Shown here piece after piece: positions 25,718-34,517 of a DNA stretch of 64,000 bases. The translations under genes were made by a program, and so were the position numbers. A model generated the notes under the pieces. It was given only the letters and a program-made list of their open reading frames with translations, did not search any database and was not told the DNA's origin. How positions within the stretch are numbered: the first letter of the stretch is position 1; each line of letters begins with the position of its first letter. This DNA comes from Saprospiraceae bacterium (GTDB lineage: Bacteria > Bacteroidota > Bacteroidia > Chitinophagales > Saprospiraceae), in contig JAHDGF010000004.1 of assembly GCA_020627785.1 (NCBI GenBank), positions 58,352-122,351 of the forward strand, in the 5' to 3' direction.

Positions 25718-26863
25718 TTTATCTAAGAGATAATGGTTCTCAATTCCATGATCTTCTAAGCTCTGATATAATTCAGAAATTTTATGAGAATCTGGAGAGC
25801 TAGGTTCCATTGATTTTTTACTTGCTACGATTAGAAGATTTTTTGGGGTATGAGTTGTGGCTATGAATTCCATAACCTTTGTTTTATAACCATACGCTTC
25901 CAAAACTCCAGCGCGTATCACATCAGTTATTATTTCACATTGTCTTTCCTGCAGAATGCCATATTTATTAATATTATTTTTTGCATGCTCGGGCTTCAAA
26001 CTTTTTCTTACCTGTTTGTGACAGCAAGGCGAACAAACAATCAGTTGAGCATTCCCTTTAATGCCCTTTAGAATAGAATCGTCTGTTGCCATATCGCAAG
26101 CATGAAGCGCAATGAGAACATTCAGATTTTTTGGTTGATAGTTTTCTATGCTTTCGCAAATGAAACTTAAATCCTTGAACTTGGCCTCCTTTGAAATACG
26201 ATTATTTAGCTCAACCAATTCCTTTCTAAGTTCTATACCTTGGAAGCGAATTGGTTTGTTAAAATTCTTTGTAAGGTGTGAGTATAGAGCAAAGCTTAAA
26301 TATGCTTTTCCACAGCCCATATCTACAATGTCGAATGATTCTAATGCTTCGAAGTTGTTTTTAATAATTTCAATATATCTATTGATCTGCCGGAACTTCT
26401 TTTGTTTATCCTTGTAGATAAGACCACGATCATTGGTGAATCCAAGCAAATTCCAAATAGGATCTTTTGAGGCTAAAAGAGACTTTTTTTCATGGTCATG
26501 TTTTAAGTTGGGTTTAGCGCTTTTAGAATTTGGTTTATGTTTCAATTTTATTTTTCCATTTGGAAATATGTTGAGGTGATATTCCCCAGAGGTGGTACTT
26601 ATTATTGATTGACTAAAATTATCTGTTAGATCTGTCTTTATATGTTCGATTGCTTCTTCGACCAAGTAGTTTTTAGTTATGTCCTTTGTTTGATGTTTAA
26701 AAATAAAGGATAGATGTAATTTCTCTTTAAGCTCGATTGGTTTGATCTGAACCTTTCGTATGCTCGCATCTTTTCTTAAAGGATTGATTATAGAAATTTG
26801 CGAAAGCGTGCAAGAAATTAAACTGTCTTGAATTAATTGTATGTACTTGTCTAATGGATTCAT
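25697..26863 (-). CDS. SAM-dependent methyltransferase (Methyltransf_32-like)
   Basis: Motif I (IVDMGCGKAYLSF) and a downstream LIALHACDMATD block, 388 aa. Confidence 0.65.
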   Translation of the reverse strand: MNPLDKYIQLIQDSLISCTLSQISIINPLRKDASIRKVQIKPIELKEKLHLSFIFKHQTKDITKNYLVEEAIEHIKTDLTDNFSQSIISTTSGEYHLNIFPNGKIKLKHKPNSKSAKPNLKHDHEKKSLLASKDPIWNLLGFTNDRGLIYKDKQKKFRQINRYIEIIKNNFEALESFDIVDMGCGKAYLSFALYSHLTKNFNKPIRFQGIELRKELVELNNRISKEAKFKDLSFICESIENYQPKNLNVLIALHACDMATDDSILKGIKGNAQLIVCSPCCHKQVRKSLKPEHAKNNINKYGILQERQCEIITDVIRAGVLEAYGYKTKVMEFIATTHTPKNLLIVASKKSMEPSSPDSHKISELYQSLEDHGIENHYLLDKLKIHGG

Positions 26864-26864
26864 T

Positions 26865-27329
26865 TTAATTCAGAAGATAGGTCCCAAGAAAATAGATGGC
26901 TACTCCGATAATGAAACCAGCAATGACATCTGACCAATAGTGCCTTTTAAGCATAACTCTAGAGGTACCAACTGCAAGGATCATTAGAGTTAAAACAATT
27001 TTAAGCACCATCGAATCAAAGTGATAGATGAGGCTTAAATAAGTAACCATTATCCGAGAAGAATGGATGGAAGGAAAACTCCCTGCATCAATTTTTACAA
27101 CTGCTCCTTCAAATGATTGACCATCAGGACGAGGTCTATGATATAGTAATTTAATCAAGGAACAAAGTACTTCGTTTACTGCAAGCAAAATAAGCAGATG
27201 ATAGAAGGAAGTATTCAATCCTAATGCCACCAGAGAAACAAAAACAATTACAATGGGATTAGCCAAAGAGGTGATATCTCTTGACCAATGAATGACTTTA
27301 TCTTGAAGGAATTTATTTGTTTCGCTCAT
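26865..27329 (-). CDS. PAP2-family lipid phosphate phosphatase
   Basis: All three PAP2 motifs are present: KLLYHRPRP, SFPSIHS and SRVMLKRHYWSD. Small polytopic membrane protein. Confidence 0.8.
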   Translation of the reverse strand: MSETNKFLQDKVIHWSRDITSLANPIVIVFVSLVALGLNTSFYHLLILLAVNEVLCSLIKLLYHRPRPDGQSFEGAVVKIDAGSFPSIHSSRIMVTYLSLIYHFDSMVLKIVLTLMILAVGTSRVMLKRHYWSDVIAGFIIGVAIYFLGTYLLN

Positions 27330-27334
27330 TGAGC

Positions 27335-27922
27335 TTAAACGAGATTATGAACGCTCTTCACCATTCTCCAATTATTCTTGAAGAAGTGATATCCCGATTG
27401 AAGGGTAAGGAAGACAGTAAGACTTAAACATACGTATAATGCGATCCAAAAGTAGTGTGAAAAGTATTCTGGGAAATGTCGATTGAGCATGAATAAGGTA
27501 TACGCAAGACCTAGCGTAAACATTTGCATGAAGGTCTTAATTTTTCCACTTTTTACGGCAGCAACTACAATGTTCCTTGATAAGAATATAAATCTGTAGG
27601 TCGTTATAATTACTTCTCTTAAAAAGATAGGGACTACCCAAAGGAAGGATAAAACCTCGAGATATGCTAAAACAGAAAAAACAACAAGCACTAATGCCTT
27701 GTCTGCGATGGGATCTAGAAGTTTCCCAATTTTACTTTCAGCATTATATTTTCTCGCGTACCAACCATCAAACCAATCTGTAAGTACTGCAATGAAACAA
27801 ATAATGCCAACCCCAAGCCTAACTTTTAAGGATGAATCAATAAGCATAAACGGGGCCGTAAATGCAATGACAATTCTTATGCTGGATAATATGTTGGGAA
27901 CTGTAAAAACTTTCATCTTCAC
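27335..27922 (-). CDS. CDP-alcohol phosphatidyltransferase (PgsA-like)
   Basis: Signature D-x2-DG-x2-AR-x8-G-x3-D-x3-D (DWFDGWYARKYNAESKIGKLLDPIADK). The track start is GTG; an ATG lies 2 codons in, at 27916. Confidence 0.85.
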   Translation of the reverse strand: MKMKVFTVPNILSSIRIVIAFTAPFMLIDSSLKVRLGVGIICFIAVLTDWFDGWYARKYNAESKIGKLLDPIADKALVLVVFSVLAYLEVLSFLWVVPIFLREVIITTYRFIFLSRNIVVAAVKSGKIKTFMQMFTLGLAYTLFMLNRHFPEYFSHYFWIALYVCLSLTVFLTLQSGYHFFKNNWRMVKSVHNLV

Positions 27923-28029
27923 GACAAATTTAAGTCATTTAATTTATGATTTTTGAAAAATCACAAACTTTAAGAACCTTTTAGTGAATTTAACTACGTA
28001 ATATTGGCGAGAAAGTTATTCACTTAGAG

Positions 28030-28842
28030 ATGAAAGATCAAAATCAATACATACTAGGAACAGAATGGGCCGAACTCCACCGTTTGGGAATTCAACATCA
28101 AGTATGGGCCTCTGAGGCCAGAAAGGGGTGGGAATTAGCAGAGTTTGGAGCAGGACAGACCATTTTAGATCTTGGTTCAGGGCCAGGCTTTTGTAGCCGT
28201 GATCTTGCTTACATGACCGGTGAGGCAGGGAAGGTTATTGCGGTGGATAAATCGAAGCAATACCTTGATTTCCTTGATAAAATAGCGGAGTTGCACCGAT
28301 TGAAAATTGAAACAATTTGGACTGATTTTGAAGAAATGGATTTAGGGGACGTACAACTTGACGGGGTTTATTCGAGATGGGCTTTGGCGTGGATAAGAAA
28401 TGTAGATGAAGTTGTTGAAAAAGTAGTAGATAGCATGGTCAGCGGAGGTGCTTTTGTAGCACACGAATATTACCATTGGGGGACTTTTATGATGGAGCCT
28501 CACTATCCTGAACTCCAAAAGGGCATTGATACAATTCTTAAAAACTTCAAGGAGCAAGAGGGTGATATCGATATTGGACGTAAGTTGCCGACCATCTTTT
28601 ATGAGAATGGATTAGAAGTGATAAGTATTCGGCCGATGGCTAAGATTGTCACTCCTGATCAAATGGCATGGCAGTGGCCAAAGACTTTTCTGGAGATTTT
28701 TCTACCTAAATTAGAAAAATTGGGCGCCCTGACTAAAGCAGAAATTAAAGTTGCGCTTGATCAGTTGTATGAATTGGATCAGCAAGAAGATGCAACCATT
28801 CAGTGCCCGCAGATGGTCGAAGTAATTGGAATAAAACCTTAG
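28030..28842 (+). CDS. class I SAM-dependent methyltransferase
   Basis: Motif I (ILDLGSGPGF) and motif II-like VIAVDKS, 270 aa. Confidence 0.8.
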   Translation: MKDQNQYILGTEWAELHRLGIQHQVWASEARKGWELAEFGAGQTILDLGSGPGFCSRDLAYMTGEAGKVIAVDKSKQYLDFLDKIAELHRLKIETIWTDFEEMDLGDVQLDGVYSRWALAWIRNVDEVVEKVVDSMVSGGAFVAHEYYHWGTFMMEPHYPELQKGIDTILKNFKEQEGDIDIGRKLPTIFYENGLEVISIRPMAKIVTPDQMAWQWPKTFLEIFLPKLEKLGALTKAEIKVALDQLYELDQQEDATIQCPQMVEVIGIKP

Positions 28843-30137
28843 CTATTTATAGCTTTATCTTTTATCCGCAGCGTAAATAGTGCGGCAAGAATTAGAAGAA
28901 TTCCTGCTGTCAAGACTCCGTACAATTTATTATTGTCAAATAAATTACTCATCACCCATCCAAATCCCAATGCGGCAATAATTTCAGGGATTACTATAAA
29001 CATGTTAAAGAGTCCCATGAAGATTCCCATCTGCTTTGGTGGAATGTCGTGGGCAATCATAGCATACGGCATAGACACGATGCTTGCCCAAGCAAACCCA
29101 ACCCCCGACATGGATAAGAATAAAAGCCATTTATTATCTATAATCCCCACTGACAGCAAACCAATTCCTCCTAAGAATAAGGCCAAGGCATGAACTTTTG
29201 CATTGCCAATTTTTTCTGCTAGACTTGGTAAAATTTGTAGGGCAACAATGAAGGTTACCAAGGAGTAGAACCCAAAACATAAATTTCCCCAAACAATCCC
29301 TTCGCTATAGGAAGGATCCGATGGCCCGGATGCTCCAAAAACTGTTTTGGTAATGGTAACGGTAAAGTAAAACCACATGAGAAATAATCCCATCCAAGTG
29401 AAAAATTGAACTGGGGCTAATTTTTTAAAAGATTCAGGCATTGTTTTAAAGGCCTTCGATAAGCCTTCAAAGTATCCATATTGTTCTTCATTTTCTTCAT
29501 GATAATATTCTGGAGGATACTCAGTTGTTTTAAAAATTGTATAAAGTACTGCCAGGAAAAAAGCAATCCCACCTACTAAGAAACTCATTTTTACATAGGC
29601 AGGAATGGCGCCGTTTATTGACTCGTCTGAATAACCCATTACATTGAGAAAGAACCAAGGTAATGCAGCGGATAAGACGGCTCCTAATCCAATGAAAAAA
29701 CTTTGCATGGTATAACCTCTGGAGTATTGTTCTTTGGGGAGTATGTCAGCTACATACGCTCGAAAAGGTTCCATACTTATGTTGATTGATGAATCTAAAA
29801 TCCACAACATTCCCGCTGCCATCCAGACAGTAGAACTATACGGCATGAAAATAAGCATAATGGAAGCCAATAGGGCACCAACAAAAAAGTAGGGTTTTCG
29901 TCGTCCAAATCTAGGAGACCAAGTTTTATCGGATAAATATCCTACAATGGGTTGAACGATCAAACCAGTCAATGGAGCTGCCAGCCAAAGCATAGGAATT
30001 TGATCGGGCTCGGCACCTAGGTATTCATAAATTGCACTCATGTTTCCCATCTGCAATCCCCAGCCAAATTGGATTCCTAAAAATCCAAAACTAAGATTCC
30101 AAATTCCCCAGAAGTTCTGTTTTGATTTTTGTTTCAT
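28839..30137 (-). CDS. MFS sugar transporter (GPH/SLC45-like), probable maltose/maltodextrin importer
   Basis: Twelve predicted TM helices. Motif GYLSDKTWSPRFGRRKPYFFVG is typical of SLC45/GPH sugar-proton symporters. Last gene of the maltose operon. Confidence 0.8.
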   Translation of the reverse strand: MKQKSKQNFWGIWNLSFGFLGIQFGWGLQMGNMSAIYEYLGAEPDQIPMLWLAAPLTGLIVQPIVGYLSDKTWSPRFGRRKPYFFVGALLASIMLIFMPYSSTVWMAAGMLWILDSSINISMEPFRAYVADILPKEQYSRGYTMQSFFIGLGAVLSAALPWFFLNVMGYSDESINGAIPAYVKMSFLVGGIAFFLAVLYTIFKTTEYPPEYYHEENEEQYGYFEGLSKAFKTMPESFKKLAPVQFFTWMGLFLMWFYFTVTITKTVFGASGPSDPSYSEGIVWGNLCFGFYSLVTFIVALQILPSLAEKIGNAKVHALALFLGGIGLLSVGIIDNKWLLFLSMSGVGFAWASIVSMPYAMIAHDIPPKQMGIFMGLFNMFIVIPEIIAALGFGWVMSNLFDNNKLYGVLTAGILLILAALFTLRIKDKAINS

Positions 30138-31594
30138 TAGTCGTGCTTGTGTTCTGCATATATTCTGTAGCCGAATGGTTTTATACGCAATGGATCTCCT
30201 TGCTTAAGGACCAATTCTCGACCTTGCATGACTTCTAACATTCGATCGATATCAAAAGGAAAGGTGACTTCTTGAACTTGATCAGAAAAATTTAATACCA
30301 CCAAGGCTTTATCATTTCCTTTGACTTTTTGAAAAACTAAAACATCATCATCCGCTCTAATGAATTCCGGTTCAACGGCATATCGATCTCCATGCCATAG
30401 GGCAGTATTTCTATGTTTGTTTAAGATCAACTTTCTATAAAATTCTTCTCGTTCAAAGTTTTTGAAAGGAATTAAATCCTTTTCAAAAAATTCCAATTGC
30501 TTCTTTAATGGCTCCTCCTGACCAGAATAAATTAATGGAGCTCCATCTAAAGTAAAGGTCAAAACGGCCATTACGTTAACTAGTTCTTTCATACGTTCAA
30601 ACTCAGTACCGGCCCACGAATTTTCATCATGGTTAGAGGTGAAGTGCATCTGGAATCCTTTCACGAATTTTGATCTTTCGTTTTTGTACCAGTTAACAAT
30701 TTCGGATGCTCCTTTTTTACCTTGAGCAATTTCATTCATTAAATGATGAAAGCTCCATCCGTAGCTTGCGTGAAATATTTCTTTATTGTTGTGTTCAGGA
30801 ATTTCTGCTTCAGCCAAGTGAAATAGGTTTTTATTTTTGGCCATTCTTTGTCGGTACTCAACCCAAAATTCCATTGGGATACCGTGCGCGACATCTTGTC
30901 TGAAACCATCAACTCCCATGGCATTCACCCAGAATTCCATTTCATCCAACATGGCTTTTCTCATATCTGGATTACTATAATCCAAATCGGCTACATCAGT
31001 CCAGCCCCAGCTTTTACCAGTAGATGGATCGATTGGATCAGTAATTTCCCCTTTGTCATTCTTCGTATAATATTCAGGATGTTTTGTAATCCAAGGATGA
31101 TCCCATCCAGTATGATTCGGTACCCAATCCAGAATCACCTTCATGTTATACTCGTGTGCTTTTCTAACCAATTTCTTGAAATCAGCTAGGGTACCATGTT
31201 CTGGATTGACGTCTCGGTAGTCGGCGACGGCATAGTAACTCCCCAATGTTCCTTTTCGCTTAGCTTTACTGATAGGATATATTGGCATAAACCAGAGAAC
31301 ATCAATCTCCATTTTAGCAAGTCTAGGGAGATGTGTCATGAACGCTTCAATAGTCCCCTCAGGTGTATATTGTCTCAAGTTTACTTCATAAATCACTGCA
31401 TTTTTGACCCAAGTTGGCATGAAACCAGCAGTTAATTGCGGAGGAGGGGGAACCATTTCTTTATTGGCCAAATTGATTTGAGCCATATCTGAAGTTACCT
31501 CATTTTCAACAGGCACCTGTTGTTTATCATTCTTGCATCCGAACGTTAAAAATAGAATTATGATTAGGCTATAATTGCACAGTTGTTTTCTCAT
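30137..31594 (-). CDS. GH13 alpha-amylase-family lipoprotein
   Basis: GH13 conserved regions (DWVPNH, DGFRQDVAH, HLAEAE, FTSNHDEN). Lipobox (FLTFGCKND). The track ORF starts at TTG 31600; ATG 31594 (MRKQLCNY) is preferred. Confidence 0.88.
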   Translation of the reverse strand: MRKQLCNYSLIIILFLTFGCKNDKQQVPVENEVTSDMAQINLANKEMVPPPPQLTAGFMPTWVKNAVIYEVNLRQYTPEGTIEAFMTHLPRLAKMEIDVLWFMPIYPISKAKRKGTLGSYYAVADYRDVNPEHGTLADFKKLVRKAHEYNMKVILDWVPNHTGWDHPWITKHPEYYTKNDKGEITDPIDPSTGKSWGWTDVADLDYSNPDMRKAMLDEMEFWVNAMGVDGFRQDVAHGIPMEFWVEYRQRMAKNKNLFHLAEAEIPEHNNKEIFHASYGWSFHHLMNEIAQGKKGASEIVNWYKNERSKFVKGFQMHFTSNHDENSWAGTEFERMKELVNVMAVLTFTLDGAPLIYSGQEEPLKKQLEFFEKDLIPFKNFEREEFYRKLILNKHRNTALWHGDRYAVEPEFIRADDDVLVFQKVKGNDKALVVLNFSDQVQEVTFPFDIDRMLEVMQGRELVLKQGDPLRIKPFGYRIYAEHKHD

Positions 31595-33857
31595 GTTCAA
31601 GTAGCTTTACTTTTTTGTCTTTTATATAAACGCTCATTGGTTGAGCAGACTCATTTAATAAATATAATTTATTCTGGTCAATTTTTACTTTCAATAGTTG
31701 CCTTCGGTATTTTATTTTGAAGGATACTTCTTTCCAATGGTCAGGTAATAGTGGATTAAAAAATAAACATTGATCTTTTACCCTCATCCCTGCAAAACCT
31801 TTCACAATACTCATCCATGTTCCAGCCATACTTGTAATGTGCAGACCATCCTCCGTATCGTTATTGTAATCATCAATATCTAGCCTTGAAGTTCTTAAAT
31901 ACATTTCATAGGCCTTTTCTTTTCTCCCCAACAATGAAGCAAGGATTACATGAACGCATGGTGAGAGAGATGACTCATGAACCGTTCTTGGTTCATAAAA
32001 GTCAAAATTTTGTTCTATGACTTTCATGTCAAAATCCTCCTCAAAAAAATAGATGCCTTGAAGTACGTCTGCCTGCTTTATAAAAACGGATCTTAGAATG
32101 CGATCCCATGACCATTTTTGATTAAGAGGTAGGTGTTTGGGGTCAAGGTCTTTTACTAAGATTTGTTCTTTATCTAAAAAATTATCTTGTTGTAAAAAGA
32201 TACCTAATTCTTTATCCTCTGGTAGATAGACCTTTTCTATGATTTTATTCCAAAGCTCTAATTCCTTGATGTCAAAGTTTGACCTAGCAAGTATTTCTTC
32301 TTTTGAATCTTTGAGTCCTTCAATCGACTTCACACAATATTGTAAACACCATCTGGCAATGTAATTTGTATACCAGTTGTTATTGACATTATTTTCATAT
32401 TCATTGGGTCCAGTAACTCCTAGCATTACATACAGTTTCTTGGCTTCTGAATAGTTAAACCTTTGTGCCCAAAATCTGCTGATCGCAATAAGAACATCTA
32501 TTCCATATTCAGCCATGTAACTTTCATCACCGGTATATCTTATGTAATCATAAATGGCATAAGCGATTGCCCCATTCCTATGGATTTCTTCGAAAGTAAT
32601 TTCCCATTCATTATGACATTCTTCACCATTAATTGTTACCATCGGGTATAATGCCGCCCCATTTTCAAATCCAAGTTTCTCTGCATTTTCAATCGCCTTC
32701 TGCAATTGATTGTGTCGATAGATTAATAGATTTCTACCTACTTCTTGATCTGCTGTGGATAAGTAAAACGGTAAACAATATGCTTCGGTATCCCAGTATG
32801 TGCTACCACCATATTTCTCACCTGTAAAGCCCTTTGGCCCAATGTTTAATCGTGAGTCTTTTCCGGAATACGTCTGATGTAAATGAAATATATTAAACCT
32901 AATTCCTTGTTGTGCGCTTTCATCTCCTTTGATTTCTACATCACATTCATTCCATTTATTTGCCCAAGCTTCCACATGTTCTTCTTTCGCTTTCGCAAAT
33001 GTTTTATTAAAAATACTTTGACAAGATTCAGTGGTTCTCAATTCCAAGTCGTTGGGTGTGTCAAAGCTTGTGTGGATGCCCAAGTACTTGGTTATTTTAA
33101 TCATCGAGCCTTTGTCGAAGGTAAGTTCATAATTTTGGGAAATGTACTTTTCTGACTTTGTCGTGTTTATGCTCTCAACCTGTTCATTATTTACGCTTAC
33201 TTCATTTATGCAAGCATGGGCTGCATGAAATCCTGTTTTCTTGGTTATTGCCTCATTGTAAATTCCTTTCGAAAATTCTTTTAAACTTATTTCATTCCAG
33301 AACTTTTCATCGTAGTTTGAATCTTCGTTTTCAACGTTAGAATCCAAGTATGCACTTAAAGCCATTGTTCCTTGCCCTTTCAGGATTTCGATTTCATAGG
33401 TTAATGCAGCGGTATGATCATCACTCATACTACAAAACCGTTCACTTTTAATATTAAGTGTAATCCCTTCCTTTGTTGTGATGGTACAATTTCTATATAA
33501 AACACCTTCTTTCATATCGAGGTGTCTTGAAAATTCCTTAATCACGCAGTTGTTTAGGTCTAATTCACTTTTATTAAGGATAATGTTCAAACCAATCCAA
33601 TTGCAAGAGTTTAATACTTTGGCAAAATATTCAGGATATCCATTTTTCCACCAACCAACCTTTGTTTTATCAGGATAGTATATTCCAGCCAAGTAGCTCC
33701 CTTGCAATGTTTCGCCACTATATTTTTCAGCAAAGTTTCCTCTCAGTCCTAGTTTTCCATTGCCAAGTGAAAAGAGACTTTCACTTATCTTATTATTATC
33801 GGGAGTGAATTTGTTTTCAATGATTTTCCAAGGATCAATTTGGATATACTTTTTCAT
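31569..33857 (-). CDS. GH65 maltose (kojibiose-type) phosphorylase
   Basis: 762 aa. GH65 hallmarks include the general-acid region GVTGPNEYENNVNNN and YWDTEAY. It is adjacent to a beta-phosphoglucomutase gene. Confidence 0.9.
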   Translation of the reverse strand: MKKYIQIDPWKIIENKFTPDNNKISESLFSLGNGKLGLRGNFAEKYSGETLQGSYLAGIYYPDKTKVGWWKNGYPEYFAKVLNSCNWIGLNIILNKSELDLNNCVIKEFSRHLDMKEGVLYRNCTITTKEGITLNIKSERFCSMSDDHTAALTYEIEILKGQGTMALSAYLDSNVENEDSNYDEKFWNEISLKEFSKGIYNEAITKKTGFHAAHACINEVSVNNEQVESINTTKSEKYISQNYELTFDKGSMIKITKYLGIHTSFDTPNDLELRTTESCQSIFNKTFAKAKEEHVEAWANKWNECDVEIKGDESAQQGIRFNIFHLHQTYSGKDSRLNIGPKGFTGEKYGGSTYWDTEAYCLPFYLSTADQEVGRNLLIYRHNQLQKAIENAEKLGFENGAALYPMVTINGEECHNEWEITFEEIHRNGAIAYAIYDYIRYTGDESYMAEYGIDVLIAISRFWAQRFNYSEAKKLYVMLGVTGPNEYENNVNNNWYTNYIARWCLQYCVKSIEGLKDSKEEILARSNFDIKELELWNKIIEKVYLPEDKELGIFLQQDNFLDKEQILVKDLDPKHLPLNQKWSWDRILRSVFIKQADVLQGIYFFEEDFDMKVIEQNFDFYEPRTVHESSLSPCVHVILASLLGRKEKAYEMYLRTSRLDIDDYNNDTEDGLHITSMAGTWMSIVKGFAGMRVKDQCLFFNPLLPDHWKEVSFKIKYRRQLLKVKIDQNKLYLLNESAQPMSVYIKDKKVKLLEHEKTTVQL

Positions 33858-34513
33858 TAATTTCTAGATAGGATTTTAAATAGATCATTTGGATTTAAAT
33901 TTGTAAAACCTTCGATTACATATGTTGCTTCTGTTAAGGTGTTCTTGTCTCCAACTCCTACAGATATGAATCCTGCTTGATTTGCTGCAGTTATTCCTTT
34001 AATCGAATCTTCAAAAACAATGCATTCGGAAGGATCTAATTCTAGACCTTTTGCACCTTTTAAAAATACCTCTGGGTCAGGCTTAGATTTTGTCACCATA
34101 TTGCCATCTATCTGAGCCTCAAAGTAATGGTCTATTTTTAGTTTTTGAAGGATCGTAATGGCATTTCTGCTGGCAGAACCTAATCCAATTTTATAATTCT
34201 CTTTTTTTAGCTGCTTTATGAAATCTAAAATGCCTGGCAGCATTTCGGACTGATCGATGTTTTCAATTAACTTGAGATAACACTCATTTTTCTGCGCAGC
34301 TAATTTTATTTTTTCCTCTTCTGATATGGAGATATTATTCAGCTTTAAAATAAAATCAAGAGAACCCATTCTACTGACTCCTTTTAATTTTTCGTTTTGC
34401 TCTAGACTGAGTTGCCCGCCCAATTGCACGGCAATGTCTTGCCAGGATTTAAAATGAAATTTCGCGGTATCTACAATTACACCATCTAAATCAAAAATGC
34501 ATCCCTTGATCAT
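33857..34513 (-). CDS. pgmB: beta-phosphoglucomutase
   Basis: HAD motif I (IFDLDGVIVDT), GLGSAS and FEDS..G. ATG at 34513; the track begins one codon earlier at a TTG. Confidence 0.9.
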   Translation of the reverse strand: MIKGCIFDLDGVIVDTAKFHFKSWQDIAVQLGGQLSLEQNEKLKGVSRMGSLDFILKLNNISISEEEKIKLAAQKNECYLKLIENIDQSEMLPGILDFIKQLKKENYKIGLGSASRNAITILQKLKIDHYFEAQIDGNMVTKSKPDPEVFLKGAKGLELDPSECIVFEDSIKGITAANQAGFISVGVGDKNTLTEATYVIEGFTNLNPNDLFKILSRN

Positions 34514-34517
34514 CAAC

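Noticed and set aside
31569-31600. 32-nt overlap between the GH65 and GH13 genes, which could hint at a frameshift or fusion
   Set aside because: The track start at 31600 is a TTG. An ATG two codons downstream (31594) gives a normal lipoprotein N-terminus. Both proteins are full length with intact motifs, so this is an ordinary short overlap.
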